DNA from: Pachysolen tannophilus NRRL Y-2460
Lineage: Eukaryota
Assembly (NCBI GenBank): GCA_001661245.1
Contig: KV454018.1
Location: 1-64,000, forward strand
Direction of reading: 5' to 3'
DNA: 64,000 bases
Part shown: positions 9,875 through 20,122 of the stretch, piece after piece
Layout: the number at the start of each line of letters is the position of its first letter
Numbering within the stretch: position 1 is the first letter of the stretch
Program-made: the position numbers and the translations under genes
Notes under the pieces: model-generated
Told to the model about the DNA's origin: nothing
Seen by the model: only the letters and a program-made list of their open reading frames with translations
The model's database searches: none

Positions 9875-11386
9875 ATGAGTTTAAAAGAAGAACACCAAGT
9901 TCAAGAAATAGGAGAAGCAAAGGGGGATCCAACAGTACAAGTGGATTCATTCCCTGATGAATCGAGTTTAGATGGAATCAAGTTAGAAAATATGAGTCCT
10001 GAGGACTTGAAAAATTTTCAAATTGATCCTGAAGAAGAAGCTAAACTTACAAGAAAGTTGGATCGTTATTTGATTCCAATGTTTGCTGTTATGTATTTTC
10101 TTTCATCACTTGATAGATCAAATATTGGTAATGCTTATACTTCTGGTATGAAAGAAGATTTGGCATTAACTGCTACTCAATATTCAACTGCAGTTTCAGT
10201 ATTCTACTCTACTTATTTAGTTTCTGAACTACCTGCAACTTTATTTATGAAAAAATTAAAACCACATTATTACTTAAGTTTCTTAGTTTTCTCTTGGTCA
10301 ATGGTTTGTTTATTTAGTGGATTTGTTAAAAGTTATGGAAGCTTAATAGCAACTAGAGTTTTGTTAGGAACTTTTGAAGGTGGATTTTTTCCAGCTATAG
10401 TCACATATACAACAATGACTTGGAAATCAGAAGAACAAGCAAAAAGAATTTCATATTTTTTCGGTTCAGCCTCATTGTCTGGAGCATTTGGAGGTTTAAT
10501 TGCAACTGGATTAACAAAAGTTACTAGTTCTACTTTTGAAGGCTGGCGTTGGTTATACGTTATTGAAGGAATCATCTCTGTATTTGCTTCTCTTTGGTTA
10601 TTTTTTGGTTTACCTGATTCACCAGCAGATTTAAAATTTTTATCACCAAGAGAGAAAATGTTAATGAAAGTAAGAGCAAAGCAACGTGAACTTTATCTTG
10701 GTGATTTGGACCATATTAACTGGCAGGAAGTTAAATCAGCTGTTTTCGATATCAGAACTCACATCAGTTACTGTATTCAATTTTGTCAAGATACAATCTT
10801 ATATGGTTTCAGTACATTTTTACCATCCATTTTAAAATCTGGTTTAGGTTATGATAGTATGCAAGCTCAATATCTTTCAGTTCCAGTTTATTTACTAGCA
10901 GGATTAGTATTTTTAATATCAGCATGGATCAGTGATAGATATAAGGTTAGAGGTATTGTTTTCTTTTGTTACAACTTTGTTGGAGTTGCAGGTTTTATCA
11001 TCTTATTAGCTTGTGACAATGATGCTGTCAAATATTTCGCTTGTTATTTGATTACATTTTCATTATATACAGGTACTGGTTTGAACATTGCTTGGACTAC
11101 AAACAACTTTTCAGGCTTCCGTCGTAATACTCTGATTGGTTTAAATCAAACTTTTGGAAATCTTTCAGGTGCAATTGTTGGTCAGGTTTATAGGTCTTCA
11201 CCATACGTTTTAGGTAATTCTTTCTCATTAGGATGTATTTGCGTTTCAATGATTTTAACTGTTTCTCAACTTTTTTATTTGAGACATTTAAATCGTGAAA
11301 AAGAAGCTATCTTAAGAGGTGAAAAAGTCGATACCAAGAAAGACAGATTGGGTGACAGAGCCTTAGAATTTAAATACTGTTATTAA
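9875..11386 (+). CDS. MFS transporter, anion:cation symporter (Dal5/Tna1-like) family
   Basis: Likely ATG at 9875; KLDRYLIP, LDRSNIGNA, RVLLGTFEGGFFP, GWRWLYVIEG and C-terminal F.Y.Y motifs. Confidence 0.93.
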   Translation: MSLKEEHQVQEIGEAKGDPTVQVDSFPDESSLDGIKLENMSPEDLKNFQIDPEEEAKLTRKLDRYLIPMFAVMYFLSSLDRSNIGNAYTSGMKEDLALTATQYSTAVSVFYSTYLVSELPATLFMKKLKPHYYLSFLVFSWSMVCLFSGFVKSYGSLIATRVLLGTFEGGFFPAIVTYTTMTWKSEEQAKRISYFFGSASLSGAFGGLIATGLTKVTSSTFEGWRWLYVIEGIISVFASLWLFFGLPDSPADLKFLSPREKMLMKVRAKQRELYLGDLDHINWQEVKSAVFDIRTHISYCIQFCQDTILYGFSTFLPSILKSGLGYDSMQAQYLSVPVYLLAGLVFLISAWISDRYKVRGIVFFCYNFVGVAGFIILLACDNDAVKYFACYLITFSLYTGTGLNIAWTTNNFSGFRRNTLIGLNQTFGNLSGAIVGQVYRSSPYVLGNSFSLGCICVSMILTVSQLFYLRHLNREKEAILRGEKVDTKKDRLGDRALEFKYCY

Positions 11387-11771
11387 TTTTGTTTTATTAT
11401 CTTATACTTTTTGAAAAAAAAATTATTGTTATCAAAAAAAAAACTTCGTAGTAGAAACTTTGAACATCTGCATAGTACATGAGAATTAAAGCCGTAATTG
11501 TTTTCCTGGTATTAAAGGTTTGATTATGTACTAATTTTGAATTATGCATGCAAGTGTATTCTCATCAGTCATATTCTTTTATCTAACGAAAAACGATATA
11601 AACGATAACATTAATTTCGTATTTATATATACTCTATTATCTATAAATCTGTATATAATATTTATTGTATGTGACTATTGCATTTATGGTGGGTTAATGG
11701 GTAATTTATAATTCAAGTTACAATTATTACGTTAAAAGTATTATTAAATTAATAGATAATTTTTTTTACTA

Positions 11772-12596
11772 ATGAAAATAGATACTGTTGCTAAGCAATT
11801 TCGTTTGAGTTGCCGTTCTGAAGTTCATAATACACAAACTGCTGGACAAGCAGCTGGGTATGCTCAAGCAAATTTGGTTATCTTACCTACTGAAGTAGTA
11901 AATGATTTCAAAGATTTTTGTTTTAGAAACCCTGTTCCTTGTCCATTATTGGCTTATACCGAAGGTAATCCTAATAAAGTTAATAACATTAAAGTGATCG
12001 ATGATGATTATGGTAATTTTGACATAAGAACAGATTTACCAAAATATAATATCTATGAAAATGGAAAACTTATTAAGACTAAATCGAACATCTTGGAGGA
12101 ATGGGATTCTGATCGATATGTTGGATTTCTCATAGGTTGTTCATTTTCATTTGAGTATGAACTAGCTAAAAATGGTTTAACCCCGAAACATATTTTATTA
12201 AACACAAATGTATCCATTTATAAGACCACACTTCTGTTAAACCCAGCAGGAGTATTTGTTAATTGTAAATATGTTGTAAGCATGAGACCTTATAAAGAAA
12301 AAGATTTAGATAAAGTGAGAGAGATAACAAGACTGTTTAAAGTAACTCATGGGGAACCAATAGACTGGGGGTTTGATGCTGTCAAAAGATTAGGTATTAA
12401 TGATTTAAACTCTCCCGATTATGGAAGTTTTGTAGAAATGGAACCTGATGAAATACCTGTGTTTTGGGCGTGTGGTGTTACACCTCAATTAGCAATAGAA
12501 ACTGTAGGCGAAAAAATTGATGGAATAGTTATGACTCATACTCCAGGACATATGTTGATCTTGGATATAACAGATGAAGAAGTTGTTAATTTATAG
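11772..12596 (+). CDS. DUF1445 / D-glutamate cyclase-like putative hydro-lyase
   Basis: QANLVILP, RNPVPCPLL, DIRTDLPKY, FLIGCSFSFE, VVSMRP, HGEPI, PVFWACGVTPQ and THTPGHML family motifs. Confidence 0.9.
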   Translation: MKIDTVAKQFRLSCRSEVHNTQTAGQAAGYAQANLVILPTEVVNDFKDFCFRNPVPCPLLAYTEGNPNKVNNIKVIDDDYGNFDIRTDLPKYNIYENGKLIKTKSNILEEWDSDRYVGFLIGCSFSFEYELAKNGLTPKHILLNTNVSIYKTTLLLNPAGVFVNCKYVVSMRPYKEKDLDKVREITRLFKVTHGEPIDWGFDAVKRLGINDLNSPDYGSFVEMEPDEIPVFWACGVTPQLAIETVGEKIDGIVMTHTPGHMLILDITDEEVVNL

Positions 12597-12628
12597 AAAA
12601 GAAAAAAATAATTTTTTTTTTTTTTTTT

Positions 12629-12968
12629 NNNNNNNNNNNNNNNNNNNNNNNNNNNNNNNNNNNNNNNNNNNNNNNNNNNNNNNNNNNNNNNNNNNNNNNN
12701 NNNNNNNNNNNNNNNNNNNNNNNNNNNNNNNNNNNNNNNNNNNNNNNNNNNNNNNNNNNNNNNNNNNNNNNNNNNNNNNNNNNNNNNNNNNNNNNNNNNN
12801 NNNNNNNNNNNNNNNNNNNNNNNNNNNNNNNNNNNNNNNNNNNNNNNNNNNNNNNNNNNNNNNNNNNNNNNNNNNNNNNNNNNNNNNNNNNNNNNNNNNN
12901 NNNNNNNNNNNNNNNNNNNNNNNNNNNNNNNNNNNNNNNNNNNNNNNNNNNNNNNNNNNNNNNNNNNN
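12629..12968. other. Assembly gap (N run)
   Basis: Ns; the right flank 12969-~13050 repeats the 3' end of the DUF1445 gene with small indels. Confidence 0.99.
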
Positions 12969-13661
12969 CCAGGACATATGTTGTATCTTGGATATAACAG
13001 ATGAAGAAGTTGTTAATTTATTAGAAAGAAAAAATAAATTTTTTTNTTTTTTTTTTTTCCATTTTTCAATTTTTCTTCTTTTAGGGCAATAGTAGTTTCA
13101 TAATCTTATTGTACAGTTCTTATCTATTAAGATTTTCGAATTAGAGGTTTAGATTGGTTGATTTAATTATTTCCCCTTTTGTATTTTTGATATATACACA
13201 CGACCAAGTTGTTGATGTATATTTATACACCGACGTATATATACACTGATAAGAGTTAAATTGAATTTTTTTTCTTTTTAAGAGTTTTTCATCTTCAGCG
13301 AGGAAGTTCCTAAAGCTAATTAAAAAATCAAATTTTTTTTTAATAATAAATTTAATCAATGGGCTAGATGCTGTTTTATCCATCAATAGCCAAAATAAAC
13401 CAAAACTATTTTAGGTTGTCTATGCGGGATGTTTGCATAACTATATTTACCTGAGCATTCCAAAATTTACTATTGGCGCTGCTATCTGTTTATCTGAATT
13501 TCTTTTCCTAATTAGGAATCTCCATCATTAGTACCCATATCAGTATAATAAATCAAAAATGATATATAAACGAGAATGTTCAGTAGTTCATTCATTGATT
13601 TTATCTCAATCATTAGTCTTCCTTTAGATCGCTTATTGCTGATATTATTTTTTTCAAGACA

Positions 13662-15764
13662 ATGGAACGTTTACAACAAATTGCTTCTCAAGCCACAGGT
13701 TCTTTGAGTCCACCTCCAAGACCTGATCATCCTTTGGATCCATTATCTTCTGCTGAAATAAAAGCTGCAACTGATGTTATTAAAAACAAATATGCTGGTC
13801 ATAAAATTAACTTCAATACGGTAACTTTAAGAGAACCAACAAAGAAGGCTTTCTTGGAGTGGAAAGATAAGAATGGACCACTTCCTCCACGTTTAGCATA
13901 TTTTGTCATATTAGAAGACGGTGTTAGTGGTGTTCAAGAAGGTGTTATTGATTTAGGTTCATTGGCTATCACTAGCTTGAAAAACATTGTTGGTGTTCAG
14001 CCTATCTTAACCGTAGAGGACTTATGTTCTACTGAATCGGTTATCAGAAATGATCCTAAAGTCATTGAGCAATGTGTTCTTTCTGGTGTTCCAGCTAATG
14101 AAATGCACAACATTTATTGTGATCCATGGACTATTGGTTACGATGAACGTTGGGGTTCTTCAAAGAGATTACAACAGGCTTTGATGTATTATAGATCAAA
14201 CGAAGATGACTCTCAATATTCCCATCCTTTGGATTTCTGTCCAATTGTCGATATGGAGAAGCAAGAAGTCATCTATATTGATATTCCTAATCGTCGTCGT
14301 AAAGTTAGCAAACATAAACATGCCAATTTCTACCCAAAGGACGTTAAGGAAAAATATGGTAAGATGAGAGATGATGCAAAACCAATTAACATCACTCAAC
14401 CAGAAGGCGTCTCTTTTAAAATGGATGGCAATGTCATGAACTGGTCAAACTTTAAGTTCCACATTGGTTTCAATTATAGAGAAGGTATTGTCTTATCTGA
14501 TATTTCATACAATGATCATGGTAAAGAGAGACCAATTTTCCATAGAATCTCTTTGTCAGAAATGATTGTTCCATATGGCTCACCAGATTTCCCTCATCAA
14601 AGAAAACATGCCTTAGATATTGGTGAATATGGTGCAGGTTACATGACTAATCCGTTATCTTTAGGATGTGATTGTAAAGGTGTTATTCACTACTTAAATG
14701 CATGCTTTAGTGATAGGAGCGGTGACCCAATAACTATTAAGAATGCAGTTTGTATTCATGAAGAGGATGACGGATTATTATACAAACATTCAGATTTCAG
14801 AGATTCTTTTTCTACTTCCATTGTAACTAGATCTACAAAGTTGGTAATTTCTCAAGTTTTCACTGCAGCTAATTATGAATACTGTATCTATTGGAATTTT
14901 ATTCAAGATGGTACTATTAAATTAGATATTAGGTTAACGGGTATCTTAAACACTTATGTTTTAGGTGATGATGAAGATGCTGGTCCATGGGGAACTCAAG
15001 TTTACCCTAATGTTAATGCTCATAATCACCAACATATGTTTTCATTACGTATACATCCAAGATTAGATGGTGATCAAGGTAATTCAGCGGCTATGGTAGA
15101 TGCTCAACCTTCACCATTCCCATTGGGATCACCTGAAAATATGTATGGTAATGGATTTTACGCAAAGAAAACTACATTCAAGACTGTCAGTGATTCTTTA
15201 ACTAACTATGAATCATCTACTGGAAGATCATGGGATATTTTCAATCCTAATGTTATTCACCCATACTCTGGAAAACCTTCATCTTATAAATTGGTTTCTA
15301 CCATGTGTCCACCACTCTTAGCTAAACCAGGTTCTTTAGTTTACAAAAGAGCACCTTGGGCCAGCAAAACTATTCAAGTTATTCCATATCAAGAAGATAG
15401 ACTTTATCCTTCTGGGGTACATGTACCACAGTGGTCTGGTGATGGTATCAGAGGTATGAGAGAATGGATTGGAGATGGATCTGAAAAAATTGAAAATACT
15501 GATATTTTGATGTTTCATACATTCGGAATCACACATTTCCCAGCTCCAGAAGATTTCCCTGTTATGCCTGTAGAACCAATGTCATTATTGTTGAGACCAA
15601 GAAACTTTTTCCTAGAGAATCCTACATTAGATATTGTTCCATCTCATGCAACGACAACTAGTGAGGCAGTAAAAGCTGGTAATGCTCAACATAAAGCATC
15701 AGGAGATGGTGTTTCAAGATTGGCCTTTGAGAGTAGTCCAAGCTCATGTTGTAGCAGAAAATAA
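13662..15764 (+). CDS. AMO1: Peroxisomal copper amine oxidase (TPQ-dependent)
   Basis: HPLDPL N-terminal motif; TAANYEY TPQ consensus; HNHQH and THFP copper ligands; PTS2-like RLQQIASQA resembling the Ogataea amine oxidase N-terminus. Confidence 0.95.
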   Translation: MERLQQIASQATGSLSPPPRPDHPLDPLSSAEIKAATDVIKNKYAGHKINFNTVTLREPTKKAFLEWKDKNGPLPPRLAYFVILEDGVSGVQEGVIDLGSLAITSLKNIVGVQPILTVEDLCSTESVIRNDPKVIEQCVLSGVPANEMHNIYCDPWTIGYDERWGSSKRLQQALMYYRSNEDDSQYSHPLDFCPIVDMEKQEVIYIDIPNRRRKVSKHKHANFYPKDVKEKYGKMRDDAKPINITQPEGVSFKMDGNVMNWSNFKFHIGFNYREGIVLSDISYNDHGKERPIFHRISLSEMIVPYGSPDFPHQRKHALDIGEYGAGYMTNPLSLGCDCKGVIHYLNACFSDRSGDPITIKNAVCIHEEDDGLLYKHSDFRDSFSTSIVTRSTKLVISQVFTAANYEYCIYWNFIQDGTIKLDIRLTGILNTYVLGDDEDAGPWGTQVYPNVNAHNHQHMFSLRIHPRLDGDQGNSAAMVDAQPSPFPLGSPENMYGNGFYAKKTTFKTVSDSLTNYESSTGRSWDIFNPNVIHPYSGKPSSYKLVSTMCPPLLAKPGSLVYKRAPWASKTIQVIPYQEDRLYPSGVHVPQWSGDGIRGMREWIGDGSEKIENTDILMFHTFGITHFPAPEDFPVMPVEPMSLLLRPRNFFLENPTLDIVPSHATTTSEAVKAGNAQHKASGDGVSRLAFESSPSSCCSRK

Positions 15765-16027
15765 ATAGATTAAATACGTTTGATTTGTGATTAGCTTAAT
15801 TTTAATTCTTATTTTTATTTTTTATTTTTTTTTTTTTTGTGATATAAAATCTCTTGAATGAGTAATGTTTATTTGTTTATTTTCCTTCCTTCTAGTTTTA
15901 TATATATTTTTTTTTATCTTTTTTTTTCAACCATTCTATAGCTTTGGAATAAAATCATAATATTCGTTTTAAAAAAAAGGACAAAAAGGAAATAGTTTAA
16001 TAAAAAAAAAAATAAAAGAAGGTTTAT

Positions 16028-16945
16028 TTAGATTTTTTCAATAAATTGATCAACGTAGTACCAATAATTCTCTTGTACTATTGTATCATTATGAAACCCA
16101 TTTGGAAATTCCTTAAATGTTTTGTCTAGAGACTTTGACAACTTAAACAATTCCTTCATATGAATAGGTGGAACAATTTCATCTTTCAGTCCACTTAAAA
16201 ATAATATTGGTATATTGGATGGGATTTCAGGAATCAAGTTTTCAGAATTCCATTTTTCATGACATAAAAATGAAACATATTTTAAATATGGGAACAAATA
16301 AGGTATTAGTTTTGTTATACTTAAAAATGTATTTTCTAATATGATTCCACCTATTAAATTTGGATGAGAAGATGCAATATAAATAGCAACAGCTCCTCCT
16401 AATGAACGTCCATGTAAAATTATTTTTGAATTTGATATTTGATTATCTTTCATTATCCATTCACAAACAGATTCAGCATCTATTTTTAAACCTGCTTCTG
16501 AAGGAGTACCAGTAGATTTACCATATCCTCTATAAGAATATATAATAACATTACATTTCATATTAACATAAAATAATTGAGCAATTGGTAAAGAATGACC
16601 CATATTACCAGCATTTGGGCATAACATTAAAACTGTCTTATTAGAATAATCAATTTTACTTGAATCATTTCTTATTACAAACATCTTTATAGTTTCATTA
16701 TCTCGAGTCACAACATCTATATGTTCATAGTTATCCATGCCATAAACGTCCGGAGTATCAACTTTCCCATGACCATCAGCAATATAAGCTGGATAAACTA
16801 GCTTTGATTGGAACCAATATAAGCTACCTAGTCCCAAGACTGCAGCAGAACCTAATAAAGTAGACACGGTTTTAGTTAATTTAAAAAATGTATTTATAAT
16901 TGAAGACCGACTATCAGAAACACTAGAAAAAGAGGTAAAATCCAT
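16028..16945 (-). CDS. BEM46/ABHD13-family alpha/beta hydrolase (YNL320W-like)
   Basis: PNAGNMG, SYRGYGKSTG.PSE.GL, GRSLGG nucleophile, DEIVP and HNDT catalytic residues. Confidence 0.9.
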   Translation of the reverse strand: MDFTSFSSVSDSRSSIINTFFKLTKTVSTLLGSAAVLGLGSLYWFQSKLVYPAYIADGHGKVDTPDVYGMDNYEHIDVVTRDNETIKMFVIRNDSSKIDYSNKTVLMLCPNAGNMGHSLPIAQLFYVNMKCNVIIYSYRGYGKSTGTPSEAGLKIDAESVCEWIMKDNQISNSKIILHGRSLGGAVAIYIASSHPNLIGGIILENTFLSITKLIPYLFPYLKYVSFLCHEKWNSENLIPEIPSNIPILFLSGLKDEIVPPIHMKELFKLSKSLDKTFKEFPNGFHNDTIVQENYWYYVDQFIEKI

Positions 16946-17228
16946 AATCTTAATACCCTATCAAATTATTCAATAAATTGTTTAAAATTAATATTTATCG
17001 AACTTTGTATTTTTAAAGGGGAATTTTTCTTTTTTTATTAAAAGAATACACAAAATGCAAGTCAAAAAAGTATTTAATAGAAAACATTACTACACGACGT
17101 ATCACATTCATTTATAATTTAATTCATTAATAATAATAATATATATATACATAAAAGATATACCTATTAAGGTTCACCGGGAGGTTTCTATTGATGCTGG
17201 TTTCTATCTTAAGATACTAATTTTAAAC

Positions 17229-17708
17229 CTAGTACCAAGTTTTTTGCTCTTTTTCTTTTCTTTCTAATCTTCTCTTATATTTATTACCTCTAGCTTCAAT
17301 AATAATTTCATCAGCTCTTGCCACAGCTTCAGCAATTTTCTGTTTACGAGATTCATAAGTTCTTTCCCATTTATGTCCCTTAGGGTTAACTGCACCTTTC
17401 AAAGGTTTCAGATTATTATATCTTTCTTCATAAAAAACTTTTCCATTATTTAATTTAGGTAACAAATCTGCAACCCCAAATTTGTACGCCAACTTAAAGA
17501 GATCAGATTGCCTTCTCATAGAATATATCGGATCATGAATAGCATTTGTAACAGGGTGCTTATTTGGTAAAAATGGATTTGCATCATCTGCCGTCGTTAG
17601 TGTAGTTTCTGTAGCATATTGTTTAAAAGGTATAGGTGGGTATTGCGTGAAAAAATCAACTAATTTCTTAGGCAATTTCTTGAATGCCTGTTGTGCACTA
17701 AGTGACAT
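17229..17708 (-). CDS. MRPL25: Mitochondrial ribosomal protein mL59
   Basis: LP.KL..FF..YPP, NPFLPNKHP, YSMRRQSDL.K.A and PKGHKWE motifs. Confidence 0.85.
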   Translation of the reverse strand: MSLSAQQAFKKLPKKLVDFFTQYPPIPFKQYATETTLTTADDANPFLPNKHPVTNAIHDPIYSMRRQSDLFKLAYKFGVADLLPKLNNGKVFYEERYNNLKPLKGAVNPKGHKWERTYESRKQKIAEAVARADEIIIEARGNKYKRRLERKEKEQKTWY

Positions 17709-17959
17709 GATAATTATTCAACTATTGATGCTCTCAAATATAAATATATTGAATCACTAAATAGAAAAAAAAAGAAAGAAAAAGAGTTATCAAATCCTAT
17801 AAAACTATCGTTGAATTTCCTAGATTTTCCTCCCATAATTAATTATGTCCTGAAAAAAAAAAAAAAAGTAGAAAAAAAAAAAATTCAACTAAAAATGGCA
17901 GATTTTTTAATTTCTTTAACGTGTCACTAATAAATAGTAGTGCTCAGTATTTCATTTAT

Positions 17960-18008
17960 CCTAATTAGGAATTTTTTTAATTTTTTCGGTTTTTTTCGCT
18001 GTGACTCA
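17960..18008 (+). promoter_or_regulatory. ARG8 promoter: Mcm1-type CArG palindrome and Gcn4 site
   Basis: CCTAATTAGG at 17960-17969 and TGACTCA at 18002-18008, upstream of an arginine biosynthesis gene. Confidence 0.6.
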
Positions 18009-18226
18009 ATAATACCATATAAAATGAGGTGAAAAAAAGTTAAGAAAAACTATGGGCTACAGCTAGATAACTAGTAAAGATAGTTAAACAATACAATACA
18101 AATTTTTAGTTATTTTAGTTATTTTAATTGAGTTTGAAATAATTTTGATAATTTTTCATTTATATTGTTTTAAATTATCATTTTGTATAATTTTTTTTTT
18201 TTCTTTCTCAAAACTAAAAGATTGTT

Positions 18227-19658
18227 ATGTTTTGTGCAAATTTAAGTAAAAAATGTATTAGCCGTAATATCAGGTGTAATAACTTGATTTCACAAAGGCT
18301 GTTTTCATTGACTTCTAAGGTATTAAATGTGAGTATTAATTAAGATATGATGATTATGATGAGTTAAGAACTTTTTTTTTTTCTTTTTACTAACGTTATA
18401 ACTTGAAAATTCAAAAATTGATGAGACAAAGACCAAGACAACTGATTTTATTGATGGAATACTGCCTTATACAGTCACTACATATTCGAGACCAGATATT
18501 GTATTTGAAAAAGGTCAAGGTAGTTATATGTGGGATCTTGAAGGAAATAAATATCTTGATTTTACTGCAGGAATTGCTGTAACTGCATTGGGGCATTCAC
18601 ATCCTGAAATTGCAAAAATTATGTTTGAACAGGCAAATACATTAGTTCATTCTTCAAATTTATATCATAATTTATGGACTGGTGAATTATCAAAACAATT
18701 GGTAAAGGCAACAAAAGAAACTGGTGGTATGTTTAATGCTTCAAGAGTCTTTTTAGGTAATTCTGGAACTGAAGCAAATGAAGCTGCTTTGAAATTTGCA
18801 AGAAAATATGGTAAATCTATTGATGAAAAAAAGACTAAATTTATTACTTTTGAAACTTCATTTCATGGTAGATCTCTTGGTTCATTATCAGTCACACCAA
18901 ATCCAAAATATCAAAAACCTTTTAGCCCATTAATTGCAGGTGTATCTGTTGCAAAACCTAATGATATTAAATCTGTTGAAGCATTAATAGATCAAGATAC
19001 ATGTGGTGTAATTATTGAACCAGTTCAAGGTGAAGGAGGTGTTAGACCAATGGATACAAAATTTTTAATTGAATTGAAAAAATTATGTCAAGAAAATAAA
19101 GCTTTATTAATTTATGATGAAATTCAATGTGGTTTAGGTAGATCTGGTAATTTATGGTCACATTCTAAATTACCAAAAGAAGCTCATCCAGATATCTTAA
19201 CAATGGCAAAAGCTTTAGGTAATGGTTTCCCAATTTCAGCAACAATGATAACTGAACAAGTTGAATCAGTTTTAAAAGTTGGTGATCACGGTACTACTTA
19301 TGGTGGTAACCCATTGGGTGCAAGAATAGGTACTTATGTTTTATCCAAGATAGCAAATAAAGAATTTTTAGATTCTGTTCAAAGAAAATCAGAATTATTT
19401 AAAATTAAATTAAACGAATTAAAAGAAAAATTTCCTTCAAAAATAAATGAAGTTAGAGGTGAAGGTTTATTGCTTGGTTTGGAATTTACTGAAGATCCCT
19501 CCCCTGTTGTAAAGAAAGCATTGGAAAATAAATTATTAATCATCACAGCTGGTGGTAATGTCATTAGATTTGTTCCTGCTTTAAACATCTCTGATGATAC
19601 TATTATTGAAGGTTTAAAGATTTTAGAAAAAAGTTTGGAAGAAATTTTCTCAAAGTAA
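18227..19658 (+). CDS. ARG8: Mitochondrial acetylornithine aminotransferase, two exons (exon 1 18227-18328; exon 2 from ~18432)
   Basis: DFTAGIAV, NSGTEANE, FHGR, DEIQCGLGR, PDILTMAK and HGTTYGGNP motifs; exon 1 encodes a basic presequence; GTGAGT donor at 18329 and TACTAAC at 18388; conserved TTYSRP lies in frame upstream of the ORF-track ATG. Confidence 0.93.
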
Positions 19659-20122
19659 AAAAAACAAATAATAAACTATTAAACTAAACACTTTATAGAT
19701 TTGCTTATTTTAATCACTTCATATGTTGGCTTTCATTTCGACTATTTTTTTTTTTCACTTTTTTCATTTTTTTAATTTTTTTTCAAGTTTCTTGTTTTTG
19801 CTGTTGACTCGTCTTATCTCTGTATAAATAATTATGACAGTCATTTTATATTTTCAATTATTATTTTTGAATCAAATATTTATTAAAAAGTATTTTGTAG
19901 ATCAAATCTGATCAGTGGAAAAAAAAATAAAAAAAAAAAAACAAATGAACCGAATATGCTTGAAGTCTTTAGAAAAAAAACTAGTTGTATTAATTATTCT
20001 CAACAAAAAAATCAAAGTCATTAAACCAAAATTGAAAGTACATACACCTTCTTCGAAAAAAAAAAATAAATATGAGAATTATCCATTAAGATTTTAATCA
20101 AAGTATAAAATAAATAAGAAAG

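Noticed and set aside
12969..13050. Frameshifted second copy of the DUF1445 3' end (possible pseudogene)
   Set aside because: Low-quality contig-end overlap next to the gap, containing an N and homopolymer errors
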